Shown: piece after piece, positions 60,127 to 64,000 of the stretch | Layout of the letters: each line of letters opens with the position of its first letter | How positions within the stretch are numbered: position 1 is the stretch's first letter | Assembly (NCBI GenBank): GCA_964016885.1 | Contig: OZ024749.1 | Span: 45,942,001 to 46,006,000, forward strand | Reading direction: 5' to 3' | DNA: 64,000 nt | Origin: Eledone cirrhosa | Lineage: Eukaryota | The notes under the pieces: model-generated | Database searches by the model: none | The model's input: the letters and a program-made list of their open reading frames with translations, nothing else | What the model was told of the DNA's origin: nothing | Made by a program: the position numbers and the translations under genes

Positions 60127-60769
60127 AAATATATATGTATATATATATACATATGTATATATATGTATATATATATATATACATATAGATAGATAGGTAG
60201 GTAGATAGATAGATAGTGATAGATAGAAATAGATAGATAGACATATAGATAGATATAAATATATATATATGCGATATGAAGTAACTTCTTATTATACTGG
60301 AATAGAGAGAGAGAGAAGGAATAAGGTGTATATATTCTATAGTGAGTGAGGTGAATGTAATATCTCCAATTTGGTCCCTGTATATCTAATGAAACTGTCT
60401 TTGTTGATGTGATGTTTAGGTATTGGTTCATTAGCGATCAACAAATGTACTTCACTATTCAACTCTATACAGGTCATAAGTAAACACTAATTTATAAGTT
60501 TGGATTCATCTAAAATTGTACTCATTATTTATCGATGATGAAACAAATTATTATTAGTGTAATGTTGGCGATTATTTATTCCATATGAATAAATTATACG
60601 AAAATATATGCACTTTATCGAACAATAAATATAGTTTCTCTTTTATGATTTATTCATTTTTCATTTGAAATATAATATAACATATTGAAATAATTATCAA
60701 TACTTACATATATTCATACACATATCACTTTAATCTGTTATTTTAATAAATTAATATATATATATATAT

Positions 60770-60931
60770 AACAAAGGAATTGTGGTAAGGAAGCAGATGG
60801 GCCATAACGCACCAGAGTACTCAATACTTAGGGTAGTAGAGTGGGAAATAGGAAAAAGTATGACCCCGACGGCAGAGCCCAAGCCGTCGAAACGGCTTGA
60901 GCTCTGCCGTCGGGGTCATACTTTTTCCTAT
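60770..60931 (-). mobile_element. Penelope-like mini-element, family C, fold-back (arms 60848-60887 / 60892-60931)
   Basis: In (TA)n; loop cgaa; GAAA cggc ttgagctct gccg TC ggggtc = 3' half of a hammerhead. Confidence 0.72.
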
Positions 60932-61302
60932 ATATATATATATATATATATAAGTAATTAAGATTAATGTTTTTGTACATATATGTGATTGTTTGAATGT
61001 GAGTATGCATGGTAGTATATATATGTGTGCATTATATTGCTTGTATCGATCACGTTATAATGGTTCTTTCATTAATATCTCAACATATGTTATAATTAAT
61101 GATAGTTATCTGTCTATTCCTACGTAAGTGTGCATTTATATCTATATGAATATATAAGAATGTATATACATACACAGACACATATATATACATACATATA
61201 TACATATATTTATGTTTATATATATATATATATATATATATACATGCATACATATATATATTTATATATACATATATATGTATATAATATGATATATGTA
61301 TG

Positions 61303-61354
<52 letters not shown>

Positions 61355-61746
61355 TGTGTGTCTGTGTGTGCATGGATGTATGTACGATATAATAGCAGAT
61401 ACGATGATGATGTCCAGCGTTGAAAACGGTATTCCCCGATGGAGAACTCTGATGATGTTAAATAATGGACATAATATATAAAGCCACGAGAGGGTTACTA
61501 GAGTATTTCTGTCACCTGAATGGGGTGTAATAGGGTTTGTACATATTGACAAATTAACATTGAAACTGAGAATTATATTTATAAATATAAAAACCCCTTC
61601 TGAAATATATTTAATGGCTTGTGAACATGACTAGGAAATGTAAACAAATATACATATGTAAGTACGACTACTGCATCCATGATTGCCATTGTGGCATTAG
61701 ATTTGGTACCAAAATATTGAATATACCATACAAAAAAATATTATAC

Positions 61747-61794
<48 letters not shown>

Positions 61795-61974
61795 ATTTGA
61801 TTGCGTGTGTCTGTGTGTGTCTATGTGTGTGTGTATGTGTGTGTGTATATATATGTATACATATATATAACAGATACACGCCATCTTACGTCTACCAACG
61901 CTATTCACCTGGTTATAGATGCTAAATGCTAAATTTGTTAACCTTCATCAATTTATTACACACATTCCTACTCT

Positions 61975-62044
<70 letters not shown>

Positions 62045-62078
62045 AGTATGTATATATATGTATATATATATACATATT

Positions 62079-62214
<136 letters not shown>

Positions 62215-62829
62215 TATATATACATATTTATATATATATACATGTGTGTGTTTGTGTGTGTGTATATGTATATACATATATATATATAATCTTGCTAACC
62301 TTCACTAATCTATTGTCCATATTTCTTGCCTATAATATATATATATATTTTGATAAATATTTATGTAATAACAATAATTCGTAAATAGTGAAAATAACAA
62401 ATATGTTGAAAATGTTATGGATTTCTTCATAAACTTCAAATTTTTAGCAACGAACAGCATTGAAGATGTATCAGTTCCTGCTTTTATTTCCGTTGTTATT
62501 TCCCTTTCATGCTGAATTTCAGTTAGAGTTTCATAATTCCGGTCATATTTTAGAATTTATCAATACAACAACACAGTAAGAAAAATAAAAAAAATATAAA
62601 AACGGAGATAGAGATGGCGCGATGTTTTATATAAAGATATGGAAGTAAAATATGAAAAGTATACAGCATTGTTTAGTCTACAAGAAATAGAAGCCAAGCT
62701 TTATCATTATCACATTCTTCTGTCATAAAACGAAAAGCGCCATTGGTTAAATGTAGGTGTGGTCTCAGTATGTCTCAATATACGATAGGATGGTCACCAC
62801 TGGACCGTCATTGATAATATGTCTGTTAA

Positions 62830-63018
62830 ATAATTGTTTCTAATTTTGGCACAAGGCCAGCAATTAATATATTGCATTACTGGTACTTTATTTTATCGAC
62901 TCCGTAAGGATGAATGGCAAAGTTACTCGGCATGATTTGAACTGAGAATGAAAAGGCCCATAACTCTATGTTGCAAAGCATGTTGTCTGACGCTCTACCA
63001 ATACTGCTAATCCACCAC
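62830..63018 (-). mobile_element. OK-like SINE
   Basis: Full-length, moderately diverged. Confidence 0.85.
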
Positions 63019-63259
63019 TGTGAAATATAACTCGCGCTTATACAGCACAAATCCATGGGCAGCATTAGCCAAATATAATTCTCAGAAATGTCTGATTGCG
63101 ATACGAAAGATCGTTAGATTAGTTTAAATCTGTGAGAAGAATAAATATCAGTTAATCGGAATTAGACTGGCTCCGAATATAACATTACCGAAATATGAAC
63201 CACAAAGAATACCATCAACATGGCGACAAACAGTACGATTACTCTTACGATCACTACTG

Positions 63260-64000
63260 TTACCGACACCACCTCTATACAGCCATCAACAACAGCACCA
63301 CTATCACCAGAACCACCAACACTACCTCCTCCAACAAGAACAACATCACCACTAAAACCACCACTAAAACCACTACCATCAACACCAGCTTAACAACAAC
63401 ATAAACAACAACAAGAGCAGCAACAACAGCAACATCAACAACAAATCAATACCACCATAAGTTCAACAACATACTCCCCTCCACCAATACTATCATCAAC
63501 ACCACCACTACCAACCACCACCTCTAAAACCGCCACCACAATCATATCATCACCACTTCTAATATCACCGCCACCTCCACCACCAACATCACCACCACCA
63601 CCACCACCACTACCAACGTTACCATCAGTAACACCCACCACCACCACCACCACCACCGCCATCACCGCCACCTCCACCACCAACATCACCACCACCAACA
63701 CCATCGCCACCAACACAACCACCACCACCACCACACCAACCACCTCCAACACCAACATCACCACTACCACCATCACCAGCAACACCACCGCCACCACCAA
63801 CCACCACTACCGTCACCACCAACCACCACCACAAGCACCACCAACAACAACACCACCACCACCACTAACACAATCACCACCACCGCCACCAACATCACAC
63901 CACAACCATCACAACCAGCACCACCACCACCGTATCACCACCGCTGCCACCGCCACCGCTGCCACCACCACCACCACCACCATCACCACCACCACCACCA
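63260..64000. repeat. Degenerate (CAC/CAA/CAT)n low-complexity tract
   Basis: Direct reading; runs off the window end. Confidence 0.9.

Overview
AT-rich, microsatellite-saturated, essentially non-coding animal DNA, most consistent with an octopod cephalopod (inferred from OK-like and OR/CORE-like tRNA SINEs; not verified). No intact host gene is visible, and nearly all ORFs in the track are translated simple repeats. Recognisable content: about 25 copies of one tRNA-derived SINE (often tandem, with ATTATT-starting target-site duplications), two RTE-type LINE 3' fragments (one with a twin-priming inversion), an internally deleted Chapaev3-like (CMC) DNA transposon, a pogo/Tigger remnant and small MITEs. 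The most notable signal is several distinct families of short (100-450 bp) elements sitting in (TA)n tracts. They carry minimal type I hammerhead-ribozyme motifs (CUGANGA...GAAA...UH with pairable stems), often as fold-back palindromes, and look like Penelope-like/retrozyme-type mini-elements. All structures were paired by eye and family names are from memory; no search was run.
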